Below are positions 9,881 to 20,001 of a DNA stretch of 64,000 bases, piece by piece (positions within the stretch are counted from its first letter, which is position 1; the number at the start of each line of letters is the position of its first letter). A program made the translations under genes and the position numbers. Source of the stretch: Candidatus Sumerlaeaceae bacterium. GTDB taxonomy: Bacteria; Sumerlaeota; Sumerlaeia; Sumerlaeales; Sumerlaeaceae. Location: assembly GCA_051003195.1 (NCBI GenBank), contig JBPCLP010000045.1:1-64000 (forward strand). The letters are read 5' to 3'. The notes beneath the pieces are model-generated. The model saw nothing but the letters and a program-made list of their open reading frames with translations. It ran no database searches and was not told the origin of the DNA.

Positions 9881-11005
9881 GTGCGCATTACCGATGACGG
9901 ATTGAAGCGGCTGCAAACCGAATTCAACGGCTACCTTGAGAACGAACTGGTAGACCAGTTCTTCGATCAGTTCGACAGCAAGTTCTCGGCGGGGCACTGG
10001 TGCGCGGGCGAGTTCTCGGATCGCTTCTGCCAGTCGTACACGGATGACCCGAATTTCGAGCGCGGAATTGTGGCGGACATCCGCCGTGTACGCGAGGCGG
10101 GCGTGGTCGGCATTGAGTTATCCGACACGCTCTTCCGCGACAAGTCACTCAAGTTTCAGCAGTCGCAGATCGATGCGGTGAAGGGCGCTCTCAAGGAGCA
10201 TCGCGTCACGCCCACGAACATGAACATTAACGTATGGACGCACGCAAAGTGGCGTGTGGGGGGGATCACGAATCCCGACGCTGGACGCCGCAAGGCCGCA
10301 CTTGAGTACTGCCTGGAGATTGTGGACCTGGCAAAGACCATGGATTGCCCAACAGTGCAATTGTGGCCGGGTTCGGATGGCTGGGATTATCACTTCGAGG
10401 TGAACTACGGGCAGCAGCTCGACTGGTTCATTGACGGCTGCATCGAGATCGCCCGCGCGGCGGACAAGCAGGGGCTCCGTTTCGGCACCGAGGCAAAGCA
10501 GAAGGAGCCGCGCGAAGGGAATATGATCCTTAACACAACCGCGAAGGCCGCCTGGGTGGCGAAGCTCGTTAACGAAGCCGTCGGCAAGACCGTCATGGGT
10601 GTGGTGATAGACTACGGCCACGAGCAGATGGTGGGAAATCAGCCTGCCGACAGCCTTTACCTGCTCAGGCGCATCGGCGTGCCGATTAATAATTTTCACA
10701 TTAACGCGGCGAAGTATAACTCAAATGACGAAGACCGCATTACGGGCACGGATGACATATGGCGCCTGGTGGAGTTCTGTTACGCCGCAGCGGACATTGA
10801 CTATCAGGGCTGGTTCGGTGAGGACCAGTTTACCTACCGCACCGATCCCGTGCGCAGCATGGCGCTCAGCCGCGAATTCTTTGCGAACGCCATGAAGAAG
10901 GCGCTGAAGATTTTTGCGGATAAGAAGAGCCTCAGTGCGGCACAGGCTTCCGGTGATGCGACAAAGGTCATCGATGTGGTAAAGAAGACGATCCTGGCGG
11001 GCTAA
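9881..11005 (+). CDS. Xylose-isomerase-superfamily sugar isomerase, probably acting as the L-rhamnose isomerase of the locus
   Basis: TIM-barrel motifs WPGSDGWDY, EAKQKEPRE, DYGHE, HIN…DED; AAGGAG RBS; substrate inferred from neighbours. Confidence 0.75.
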   Translation: MRITDDGLKRLQTEFNGYLENELVDQFFDQFDSKFSAGHWCAGEFSDRFCQSYTDDPNFERGIVADIRRVREAGVVGIELSDTLFRDKSLKFQQSQIDAVKGALKEHRVTPTNMNINVWTHAKWRVGGITNPDAGRRKAALEYCLEIVDLAKTMDCPTVQLWPGSDGWDYHFEVNYGQQLDWFIDGCIEIARAADKQGLRFGTEAKQKEPREGNMILNTTAKAAWVAKLVNEAVGKTVMGVVIDYGHEQMVGNQPADSLYLLRRIGVPINNFHINAAKYNSNDEDRITGTDDIWRLVEFCYAAADIDYQGWFGEDQFTYRTDPVRSMALSREFFANAMKKALKIFADKKSLSAAQASGDATKVIDVVKKTILAG

Positions 11006-11224
11006 CTAAACTTCGCGCCAACCATGCAGGATTCTCAGAGCAATTGCTTATGAAGCTCAAAGTTGTGGTTCATTCGCAGACGAAGGCGGCTGGGCAGAAG
11101 TGCCTGCCATTCCAGGCTGCGCAACACAAATATCAATTGTAGTCTTCATGCTTCTTAGTATCTCATATTTGGAATATTGTGCAATTAAATTCCGATATAG
11201 TCCGGATCTTCGAAAGCTGTTATT

Positions 11225-13831
11225 ATGCTTGCAGCCTGTGCGTCCCACACCGCAGCAGATTTGCCCGTGTCCAGCGCACTTCCCAATCCTCAGCCGCCAT
11301 TGAATGAAGGAATTGCGCCTGCGCGCGTGGCTGTCGAGACCCCGCAACCAGACTTTGTTCTCGAAGCATTAGGAATCACCAAGCGCTATGCGGGCGTTGC
11401 GGCTCTTGATGGTGTGGAGCTTCAGCTTCGGCGTGGGAGCATCCATGCGCTGGTAGGCGAGAACGGCGCCGGCAAGTCGACTCTCATAAAAATTCTGTCG
11501 GGGGCGTTGCGGCCAGACGAGGGAACGATTCGCCTGGATGGGGCGCCCGCGCATTTACCTAATCCACTCGCCGCGCGAAAGCATGGCATCAACGTCGTTC
11601 ATCAGCACACGCACCTAATCCGCGATTTGTCGGTGGCGGAAAACTACGCATTGCGTCAAGGATACCCGCGAAATGCAGCCCAGCTCGTTGGATGGAGTAA
11701 ACTGCGCGACGACGCACGGGCCGCAGTCGCTCCGCTCGCTCCAACACTGGATGTTAATTCCGACACGCGTCGTCTTTCGGCAGTGCAGAGGCAGATCGTT
11801 GAGTTGAGTTTTGCGCTTGCCAGCACGCCGCGCGTTTTGATTCTCGATGAACCCACCGCCGCTCTGCCCCACGCGGAAACACTCGAACTATTCAAGCGCG
11901 TACGCGAGCTGGCAGCTACCGGCACTGCCGTGCTGTTTGTAACGCATCGCCTCGGCGAAGTCTTCGAACTGACCGACCACATCACCGTCCTTCGCGACGG
12001 CAAGCTCGTGTGGACAAAACCCACGAGCGAAGTCGACCAGGACCAGCTAATCCGCGCCATGGTGGGGCGCAGCGTAATTTTCGAGCGTGACGAAACGTTG
12101 GCCGCGGGTACCGAGACAGAACTTTCGTTGCGTGGGCTTGCGGATGGTGCGTTCTCCTTTCGTGGAATCGATCTGCAAATTAATCGCGGCGAGATATTGG
12201 GAATCTATGGCCTGGTCGGAGCGGGCCAGTCGGAGTTGTGTTCAGCGCTGCTCGGAATACGGCCAACTTCTGATGGAAGCGTGTCACTTGGGGATGCCGA
12301 CCTTACCCGGGTTCGCGCCGGTAAACGTGTGCGGCGCGGGCTCGCATATGTAACGGCAGACCGACTGGAGCGCGGCGTGTTCCGGCAGATGTCGACCGGT
12401 GAAAACCTCAGCATTGCATCGCTGGCAAAAACTTCGAATGCAGGCTTTCTGCGTAAGGGTGAGGAAACGCGACGTAACCTGGAATCGATTCAACAACTCC
12501 AAGTGAAGACGACAGGCCCGTATCAGAACATCCAGGAGCTCTCCGGCGGTAATCAGCAGAAAGTAATGGTGGGCCGGTGGCTGCGTACGTCTCCGCGTGT
12601 GCTGATTGTCGAAGAGCCGACACAAGGCGTAGACGTCGGCGCTAAGCTTGAGATACACAATCTTCTACGACAACTGGCGCGTGAGGGAGTCGCGATTCTC
12701 CTCGTTTCATCGGAGCTGCCTGAACTTCTGTCGCTCAGCCATCGGGTGGCTGTAATGCGCGAAGGGCAAATTGTCGGCGAACTGCCAGGCGCCAGTGCCA
12801 GCGAAGACGAGATTCTGCGGCTTGCATTGCCTGAGCACCAGAAAAGTGTTACTAAAACGCAAGACCACGCCAGACGAAACACTATCTTTGAGTGGCTGGC
12901 CGCAAAACGCGAAGCGGGCCTGTTTCTTCTTCTGTTCGTTCTCTGGCTGGCAGCTGTGTTTTTCGTTCCAAATTTTGGGACCGCTCTCAATATGCGCGAT
13001 GTGCTGCTGGATCAGTCGATCCTGCTTATCGGGGCACTCGGTGTGGGCGCAGTGATCATTGCGGGTGGAATCGATATTTCCATTGGCGCGATTCTCGGGC
13101 TCGCGGCTATGGCAGCCGGCAAGCTGGACCAGGCGCAACAGCCGGTTCTGCTCATTGCTGTAGTCCCTGTGTTACTGGGCCTGTGTCTCGGCGCGCTGAA
13201 CGGCGCGATCACGGTGTTCGGACGCATTCATTCCATCGTGGTAACGCTTGGCATGTTGTTCATCTTCCGCGGCGTGATGATCCAGTCGATGGGCGGCAAA
13301 TGGATGTTCAATCTGTCTGAGCACGTCACGCAATTCGGACAAAGCGCGCTTGGTCCTGTCCCGATGCTACTTCTGGTTGCAGCCATTGTTGCTCTCGCGA
13401 TGCACCTGCTGCTTGGTCACTCAGTAAGCGGCCGGTATTTGTACGCGCTGGGCGGCGACCGTCCCAGTGCGGAACTCACAGGAATCAGCGGGCGAAAGTA
13501 CATTCCCATCGCTTTCGCGGTGAGTGGGTTTTTGATCGGAATCGCGGGGCTTCTGCACGCCGGCCGCTATGGTAACGTGCAGACGAATGTTGGCCAGGGC
13601 TTTGAACTGCGCGCGATTGCCGCGGCTGTCATCGGCGGCACGCACATTATGGGTGGACGCGGCAGCGTGCTGGGAATTGTACTAGGAACGCTCTTCCTTG
13701 GCTTTCTCAGCAACGTGCTCGTTCTGCTTCATGTATCCAGCTTCTGGGATAACGTGGTCGTTGGCGCGATGATTCTGCTGGCCGTGTGTATCGATGGCTT
13801 CACTTCCGCACGCAGGGAATCACACGCATGA
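11225..13831 (+). CDS. Fused monosaccharide ABC transporter ATPase (two NBDs) plus permease (RhaT/RhaP-like)
   Basis: GENGAGKST, LILDEPT, LSGGNQQKV, EEPTQGVDVGA, then a BPD_transp_2 permease (GGIDISIGA, FELRAIAAAVIGG); start uncertain. Confidence 0.9.
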   Translation: MLAACASHTAADLPVSSALPNPQPPLNEGIAPARVAVETPQPDFVLEALGITKRYAGVAALDGVELQLRRGSIHALVGENGAGKSTLIKILSGALRPDEGTIRLDGAPAHLPNPLAARKHGINVVHQHTHLIRDLSVAENYALRQGYPRNAAQLVGWSKLRDDARAAVAPLAPTLDVNSDTRRLSAVQRQIVELSFALASTPRVLILDEPTAALPHAETLELFKRVRELAATGTAVLFVTHRLGEVFELTDHITVLRDGKLVWTKPTSEVDQDQLIRAMVGRSVIFERDETLAAGTETELSLRGLADGAFSFRGIDLQINRGEILGIYGLVGAGQSELCSALLGIRPTSDGSVSLGDADLTRVRAGKRVRRGLAYVTADRLERGVFRQMSTGENLSIASLAKTSNAGFLRKGEETRRNLESIQQLQVKTTGPYQNIQELSGGNQQKVMVGRWLRTSPRVLIVEEPTQGVDVGAKLEIHNLLRQLAREGVAILLVSSELPELLSLSHRVAVMREGQIVGELPGASASEDEILRLALPEHQKSVTKTQDHARRNTIFEWLAAKREAGLFLLLFVLWLAAVFFVPNFGTALNMRDVLLDQSILLIGALGVGAVIIAGGIDISIGAILGLAAMAAGKLDQAQQPVLLIAVVPVLLGLCLGALNGAITVFGRIHSIVVTLGMLFIFRGVMIQSMGGKWMFNLSEHVTQFGQSALGPVPMLLLVAAIVALAMHLLLGHSVSGRYLYALGGDRPSAELTGISGRKYIPIAFAVSGFLIGIAGLLHAGRYGNVQTNVGQGFELRAIAAAVIGGTHIMGGRGSVLGIVLGTLFLGFLSNVLVLLHVSSFWDNVVVGAMILLAVCIDGFTSARRESHA

Positions 13832-14814
13832 GATTCTTCCGAACTTACGCGCGCCAGCTCGTTTTGCTGCTCGTTCTCGCGGTGCAGGTGATCGTACTAG
13901 GGAAACTGTCGCCGTACTTTCTCGACACGACTAACCTGCTCGAACTCTCGACGCACCTTGCCGAGGCAGGGCTCATCGCGTGCGGCATGACGCTCGTCAT
14001 CATGACCGGCGGAATTGATCTCTCTGTTGGTTCGCTGCTTGGCCTGTCGGGTATCGTGCTCGGCTATACATGGAAACCGCTCGGGCCGGCCGGCGCCGTA
14101 TTGGCTGCGTTCACCACTGGGCTTATCGGGGGCATGCTAAACGGAGCGCTTGTGGTGGCGGGCAAGCTGCCGCCGCTTGTCGTCACCCTGGGCACGATGG
14201 CACTTTTCCGCGGTATAGCGATGGTAATCAGCAAAGCGCAACCAGTCTCCGATTTTCCCGACACTTTCGCATGGTGGGGGCAGGGAGCCTTCGCGGTTGG
14301 TGGAATTGACATCCCGGTGCAGTTGGCGATCTGGGTCGCGCTGATGCTGATATTCGTTATGGTAGTTGATCGGACCGTCGTGGGACGATACCTGACGGCC
14401 ATTGGCGACAACGAGCTGGCGGCTCGGTATGCGGCGTTGCCGGCGAATCGCGTCAAGTTCGCGGCCTACCTGTCAACGGGCCTGCTCAGCGCATTCGCTG
14501 CGATCATCTTCACTTCGCGTGTATCGACTGCCAAGGCTGATGCTGGACAAAATCTCGAACTGGAAGTGATCACCGCGGTGGTGTTGGGCGGTACTGCAAT
14601 CACCGGTGGGCGCGGCACTGTGCTGGGCTCCTTTCTCGGGGTGCTGATACTCGGGCTGTTGCGCAATGGGCTCAGTCTTGCCGGTGTGCCATCCGTTTAC
14701 CAGACCATTTCTGCCGGCGTGTTGCTTATCAGCGTATCCATCCTGAACGAGCGCATGCTGGAACGGGCGTCACGGCGAAAGCCCAGGGCTTCTGCTGTAT
14801 TGCAGCCTGCCTGA
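13828..14814 (+). CDS. Monosaccharide ABC transporter permease (RhaQ/LsrD-like)
   Basis: GGIDLSVGS, LELEVITAVVLGG; ATGA overlap with the preceding gene. Confidence 0.92.
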   Translation: MRFFRTYARQLVLLLVLAVQVIVLGKLSPYFLDTTNLLELSTHLAEAGLIACGMTLVIMTGGIDLSVGSLLGLSGIVLGYTWKPLGPAGAVLAAFTTGLIGGMLNGALVVAGKLPPLVVTLGTMALFRGIAMVISKAQPVSDFPDTFAWWGQGAFAVGGIDIPVQLAIWVALMLIFVMVVDRTVVGRYLTAIGDNELAARYAALPANRVKFAAYLSTGLLSAFAAIIFTSRVSTAKADAGQNLELEVITAVVLGGTAITGGRGTVLGSFLGVLILGLLRNGLSLAGVPSVYQTISAGVLLISVSILNERMLERASRRKPRASAVLQPA

Positions 14815-14945
14815 TCCTTATAAGTCTGGAAGGACGCGGGGCCGCTGGCTACTCACTTCCATCACAAGAGTTGTTGCAAACGTAGTTGCGGCCCCAGTTT
14901 TGGGCATTCAGCTTTGCCGCCCACACTAACCCAGGAGATTCCCCA

Positions 14946-15953
14946 ATGGCTACTCGCTTGGTTTGCCGATTTTCAAAAGTCGCGATGCTCGTGCTCGCTT
15001 CGTGCCTGCTTCCCGTTCTCGCATTTTCAGCCGAAACAGCCGGAGCACCGGGCAAAAAGCTGACGATTGCAGTGATGCCCAAACTTGTCGGCATCGATTA
15101 TTTCAACGCCGTGCAAAAAGGCGCCGAAGAAGCCGCGAAGGAAATCGGTGCGGAACTGATCTGGGATGGTCCGACGGAAAACGATGTCACGAAACAAGCG
15201 GAGATGATCGACACATGGATCGCACGCAAAGTCGACGTCATCGCGGTAGCACCAAATGATCCACACGCTCTGGCACCCACGTTAAAAAAGGCGCAAAAGC
15301 GCGGCATCAAAGTTCTGACATATGATGCGGACAGCGACGCGGACAGCCGCTCCTACTTCGTCAACCAGGCAACCGCCGAGGCGATTGGGTTTGGCCTGGT
15401 CGACGTCATTGCCGAGCAGATCAGCGGCAAAGGCGAGGTTGCCATTGTTACCGGCAGCATGACCGCCGACAACCAGAACACCTGGATGAAGCACATGGAT
15501 GAGCGGATGAAAAAGTACCCGGAGATGAAAAAGGTAATTGTAAAACCCTCCGAAGAAAACCAGCAACTGGCCGTCAGCGTGACAAAAGATTTGCTGAAGG
15601 CGTACCCAGATCTTAAAGGTATTTTTGCGATTACATCCGTGGCACTTCCGGGTGCGGCTCTCGCACTGAAAGAGGCTGGCGCATCGGGCAAAGTCGCACT
15701 CACCGGCCTTTCGACGCCGAAAAGCATGGTGCAGCACGTGGACAACGGAAGCGTGAAAACGTTCCTGCTGTGGAACCCGGTCGATCTCGGGTACCTCACG
15801 GTTCAAACCGCGAAAGCCGTCGCAACGGGGCAGAAGCTCGGCGATAAAATCAGTGCCGGGCGGCTGGGCGACAAACAGGTAAAAGGCACCGAGGTGCTGC
15901 TTGGCGACCCCATGCGTTTTTCGAAGGAGAACGTGCATCAGTTCCAGTTCTAA
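14946..15953 (+). CDS. Sugar ABC transporter periplasmic binding protein (RhaS/LsrB-like)
   Basis: MPKLVGIDYF, LWNPVDLGY, signal peptide; AGGAGA RBS before ATG 14946. Confidence 0.9.
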   Translation: MATRLVCRFSKVAMLVLASCLLPVLAFSAETAGAPGKKLTIAVMPKLVGIDYFNAVQKGAEEAAKEIGAELIWDGPTENDVTKQAEMIDTWIARKVDVIAVAPNDPHALAPTLKKAQKRGIKVLTYDADSDADSRSYFVNQATAEAIGFGLVDVIAEQISGKGEVAIVTGSMTADNQNTWMKHMDERMKKYPEMKKVIVKPSEENQQLAVSVTKDLLKAYPDLKGIFAITSVALPGAALALKEAGASGKVALTGLSTPKSMVQHVDNGSVKTFLLWNPVDLGYLTVQTAKAVATGQKLGDKISAGRLGDKQVKGTEVLLGDPMRFSKENVHQFQF

Positions 15954-16010
15954 GCGAGCAGTTTGCGCGCTGTCTTCCATCCAGCGCCCGCCAATAAGAG
16001 GAGAATCGCG

Positions 16011-19000
16011 ATGCGTATGCTGGGAGTCATTCTGCTTTTGAGTGCATTGGTGTCAGGAGCACAGGGACTACCGCCGGCGTGCCGCGCCGTCGACCTGAAG
16101 TGCGAGTACATGACCCAGCCGCTTGGCATTGAGGTCACTGCACCGCGATTCTCATGGCGCATAGAGGACTCTCGTCGCGGAGCGCGTCAGACCAGCTATC
16201 GCATCCTCGTTGCTTCCACGCCGGAATTGCTCGAGCGGAACAAAGCCGACCTGTGGGACAGTGGCAAGATCGACAAGGACGAAACGAGCAACGTTGTATA
16301 CGCTGGAAAGCCGCTTCGGTCTTCCACGCGCTATTTCTGGAACGTTCAGGTGTGGGATAAAGATAAGAACGTCTGCCAGACGAGTGAGTCGAGCTGGTGG
16401 GAAACCGGCCTGCTTTCCCCTGCCGACTGGAAAGCAAAGTGGATATCTGGCGAGTCGCGCGCGCCCGAGGAGGATACGGAAACGACGCGGGACGTTCACT
16501 GGCTCTGGTATCCGGGCGAGAATGGAGCGACGAGCGCACCTGCCGCGAAGCGCTATTTCCGGACATCCTTTGAACTGCCCGCAGACAAAAAGCTGGAAGA
16601 CGCTGAGGAGTGGACACTCGCCGACAACAAATTCGGCCTGTGGGTAAATGGAAAGAACGTCGCCAATGCAGCCGGCTTTGAGGCTTTGCGCACTGTACCC
16701 ATCACGACCGCGATCAGGCCCGGCATCAACTTCCTCGGCCTCGAGGTTACCAATAACGATCCCGGCCCGGCGGCGGTTGCGCATTGTCTCACGCTGCGTT
16801 TTAAAGATGGAAGTACTCAGAAGATTCGCTCCAACGGGGAGTGGAAGTGTTCGCAGAATGCAGGCGACGACTGGTCCACTTCTTCTGAGTGGCTGAAGGA
16901 CGCGAAACCGGCGGAAGTGCTAGGTCCAATCGGCATGAAACCGTGGGCCACGCCGGAGATCTCGCAGCCCGGCGGCCCGGCAACACTGCTGCGCAAGTCG
17001 TTCGACCTGTCGCAACCCATCAAGCGTGCGCGTCTCTCTGTAACGGCGCTCGGCTCGTACCGCGTTCACATTAACGGCAAACGCGTGGGCAAAGAAATCC
17101 TGACTCCCGAGTGGACCGATTACCAGAAGCGCGTTTTGTACCAGACGTACGATGTGACGGCGATGCTGCAAAAGGGCGACAATGCCATCGGCGTTATTCT
17201 CGGGGACGGCTGGTACGCCAGCGGTCTTGGCTGGGTACTGAAGCGATTCTGCTTTGGTCCACCGCCCACACGATTGCTTGCGCAGATGCAGATCACATTC
17301 GCCGACGGCACGAGTAAAACGGTGGCCACGGATGAATCGTGGCAGGTCACGCAGGCGCCAATTCTCCGCTCCGAGATTTATGCCGGCGAAACGTACGATG
17401 CGCGGTTGGAACAGGCGGGCTGGGACACAGCCACGTTCAAAGCGGAGAAGTGGAATAACGCGATCATCCAGGAAACCAGTGCGGCGATTGCGCTACATGG
17501 GCAGCAGTCGCCGCCGATTCGCGTAACGGAGGAGATTCAGCCAATCAGCATCACCGAGCACGAGCCCAGCCAGTTTATCTACGACATGGGCCAGAACATG
17601 GTGGGATTCGCGCGGCTGAAAGTGCAGGGGCCCGCCGGAACGCAGGTGCGCATGCGCTTTGCCGAGATCTTGACGCCGGAAGGTGGCATTTACCGCGAGA
17701 ACCTGCGCCGTGCGGATGCTACGGACACTTACATTCTGAAGGGCGGCGGAGAGGAAACCTTCGAACCGCACTTTACTTATCACGGCTTCCGTTACATAGA
17801 AGTGACCGGCTACCCGGGCAAGCCGGATAAATCATCGCTGACGGGGCTGGTGTTTCACACGGATTCGCCGTTCGCCGGCAAGTTTGAAACATCGAACACT
17901 CTCGTGAACAAAATCTGGCTGAACACGCTGTGGGGATTGCGCGGAAACTGGATGAGCGTGCCCACCGATTGCCCGCAACGCGACGAGCGGCTTGGCTGGA
18001 TGGGCGACGCGCAGGCTATCTGGCGGACTGCGTGTTACTATCTGGACGCCGCGGCGTTCAGCGAGAAGTGGATTAACGACGTGATCGACGCGCAGTCGCC
18101 GGCGGGCGGATTTTCCGACGTCGCGCCGCGCGTGATCGACATGGCCGACGGCGCGCCTGCATGGGGCGACGCCGGGATTATTGTACCCCACGCGACTTAC
18201 ATTCATTACAACGACATCCGCCTGCTGCAAACCGCTTGGCCCGCGATGGAGAAATGGATGAAGTACATCCATGACGAGAACCCGGGCCTGCTCTGGTTGA
18301 AACGTCGCAATAACGACTTTGGCGATTGGGTTCCGGCGAACAGCACAACCGACAAGGACCTGATTGCCACGGCGTACTGGGCCTATGACGCACAATTGAT
18401 GGCCCAAATGGCGCGTGCGTTGGGTAAATCGGCAGAGGAACAGAAGTATCAGAATCTGTTCGAAGGCATCCGTTCCGCATTCCAGAAGAAGTTCATCAAG
18501 CCTGATGGCACTATTGCAAACGGGAGCCAGACCTGCTACGTTCTGCCATTGTTCATGAACCTCGTGCAGGACGACATGAAATCCAGCGCCGTGAAACATC
18601 TCGTAGACGACATCACTTCGCGAAGCGGGCACCTGTCGACGGGATTCCTGGGCTCGACCTACCTGATGCCGGTACTCAGCGACAACGGCCAGGACGCGAT
18701 CGCCAACAAACTTCTGCTGAACGAGGATTTCCCGAGCTGGGGATACATGATCAGGAAAGGCGCGACGACGATCTGGGAACGCTGGAATGGCGACACGGGA
18801 GATCCCAGCATGAACTCGTACAATCATTACTGCTATGGGGCGATCTCGGAGTGGCTGTTCCGTTACATGGGCGGTATCGACCAGGTGGATGGCACGGCAG
18901 GTTATCGGCAATTGAAAGTTCGTCCACATTTGTGCGATGGCGTTGCGAGTGGTAAGTGCAGTTACGATTCGATTAACGGAGTTATCGCGACCGAATGGTC

Positions 19001-19214
19001 GCGAAGCAATGATGGCGCACTAACCTTTAAAGTTACTCTTCCGCCCAACACGACAGGCGAAATCCACATTCCTGCAAAGAGCGCCGATGGTGTCTCCGAG
19101 GGTGAGAAACCGGCCACCCAATCTGACGGGCTGAAATATCTGCACCAAGATGGCGGCTATGCAGTGTTCAATGCAGGAGCGGGAAGCTATGCCTTCACGG
19201 TGCATGCAAAGTAG
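16011..19214 (+). CDS. Secreted alpha-L-rhamnosidase (GH78)
   Basis: PRFSW, FTYHGFRY, PTDCPQRDERLGWMGD, ATTIWERW, MNSYNHY; signal peptide; GAGGAG RBS. Confidence 0.95.
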   Translation: MRMLGVILLLSALVSGAQGLPPACRAVDLKCEYMTQPLGIEVTAPRFSWRIEDSRRGARQTSYRILVASTPELLERNKADLWDSGKIDKDETSNVVYAGKPLRSSTRYFWNVQVWDKDKNVCQTSESSWWETGLLSPADWKAKWISGESRAPEEDTETTRDVHWLWYPGENGATSAPAAKRYFRTSFELPADKKLEDAEEWTLADNKFGLWVNGKNVANAAGFEALRTVPITTAIRPGINFLGLEVTNNDPGPAAVAHCLTLRFKDGSTQKIRSNGEWKCSQNAGDDWSTSSEWLKDAKPAEVLGPIGMKPWATPEISQPGGPATLLRKSFDLSQPIKRARLSVTALGSYRVHINGKRVGKEILTPEWTDYQKRVLYQTYDVTAMLQKGDNAIGVILGDGWYASGLGWVLKRFCFGPPPTRLLAQMQITFADGTSKTVATDESWQVTQAPILRSEIYAGETYDARLEQAGWDTATFKAEKWNNAIIQETSAAIALHGQQSPPIRVTEEIQPISITEHEPSQFIYDMGQNMVGFARLKVQGPAGTQVRMRFAEILTPEGGIYRENLRRADATDTYILKGGGEETFEPHFTYHGFRYIEVTGYPGKPDKSSLTGLVFHTDSPFAGKFETSNTLVNKIWLNTLWGLRGNWMSVPTDCPQRDERLGWMGDAQAIWRTACYYLDAAAFSEKWINDVIDAQSPAGGFSDVAPRVIDMADGAPAWGDAGIIVPHATYIHYNDIRLLQTAWPAMEKWMKYIHDENPGLLWLKRRNNDFGDWVPANSTTDKDLIATAYWAYDAQLMAQMARALGKSAEEQKYQNLFEGIRSAFQKKFIKPDGTIANGSQTCYVLPLFMNLVQDDMKSSAVKHLVDDITSRSGHLSTGFLGSTYLMPVLSDNGQDAIANKLLLNEDFPSWGYMIRKGATTIWERWNGDTGDPSMNSYNHYCYGAISEWLFRYMGGIDQVDGTAGYRQLKVRPHLCDGVASGKCSYDSINGVIATEWSRSNDGALTFKVTLPPNTTGEIHIPAKSADGVSEGEKPATQSDGLKYLHQDGGYAVFNAGAGSYAFTVHAK

Positions 19215-19282
19215 CCATTCAGCGCCAGGGTCAAAATATGCCCAAAACTGGGAATAGATGAGTTGCTGAAAGGTTCTGCACA

Positions 19283-19673
19283 GTGAAAGGTCTCCCGCCC
19301 CTCCCGCATAAAAGGCTGGAGTGGGTGGGGAGGTCCTTAGATGAACTGCGTACTATGCCAGAGGACGGTTCGTCGCAGGTTCGGATATGCACTGCGTTTC
19401 GCACAGGGCGGAGTGACACCAAACCATGTGAAGAGTTTAAAGGGCTTCGGAGGCGCCGGAGTCCTGGAGATTGTGGAGGACTTTGTCGGCAATGCGTATC
19501 GGGCTGTGTACACCGTGAAGCTGGCCGGAGTGGTTTATGTGCTGCATTGCTTTCAGAAGAAGTCGCGGCGTGGGATTGCTACGCCCAAAAGTGTAATGGA
19601 GCTTATCCGTAAGCGCCTGCGCGATGCGGAACTGCTTCACTCGGAAAGGAGCCGACCCGATGCCGACAGGTAA
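19283..19673 (+). pseudogene. Frameshifted HigB/Gp49-like (RelE superfamily) toxin
   Basis: N-part 'KRLEWVGRSLDELRTMPED' and C-part 'VRRRFGYALRFAQ…YRAVYTVKLAGVVYVLHCFQKKS' lie in different frames; one extra G near 19367 joins them. Confidence 0.8.
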
Positions 19674-19986
19674 GCAAGCTGTGGCATGGCAAAGTAGCGG
19701 CAACGTCTTTACGGATCTAGAGTTGCCAGACGCGGATGAACTTATGACAAAGGCAAATCTCGCGCTTCATATACGAGCCGCTATTAAGGAACGGAAACTA
19801 ACGCAGGCGCAGGCCGCCGATTTGCTTGGTCTGAATCAACCTAAAGTCTGTTCCATAGTCAATGGGCGGCTTGAAGGCTTTTCTACTGACCGCCTGCTAA
19901 GGTTTCTCAATGATCTGGGGTGTGATGTCGCTATTACCGTATCCAAGCCGCGGAAAAAGTCGCGCGGACACATGGTCTTTGCCTAA
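19660..19986 (+). CDS. HigA-like XRE/HTH antitoxin
   Basis: 'SSGNVFTDL…KERKLTQAQAADLLGLNQPKV…FSTDRLLRFL'; AAGGAG RBS. Confidence 0.88.
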   Translation: MPTGKQAVAWQSSGNVFTDLELPDADELMTKANLALHIRAAIKERKLTQAQAADLLGLNQPKVCSIVNGRLEGFSTDRLLRFLNDLGCDVAITVSKPRKKSRGHMVFA

Positions 19987-20001
19987 CCGGAGCACCTGCG
20001 G

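Noticed and set aside
14946..15953. AI-2 quorum-sensing receptor LsrB
   Set aside because: Same family, but GH78 and rhaB context and absence of lsrK/F/G/R favour sugar uptake
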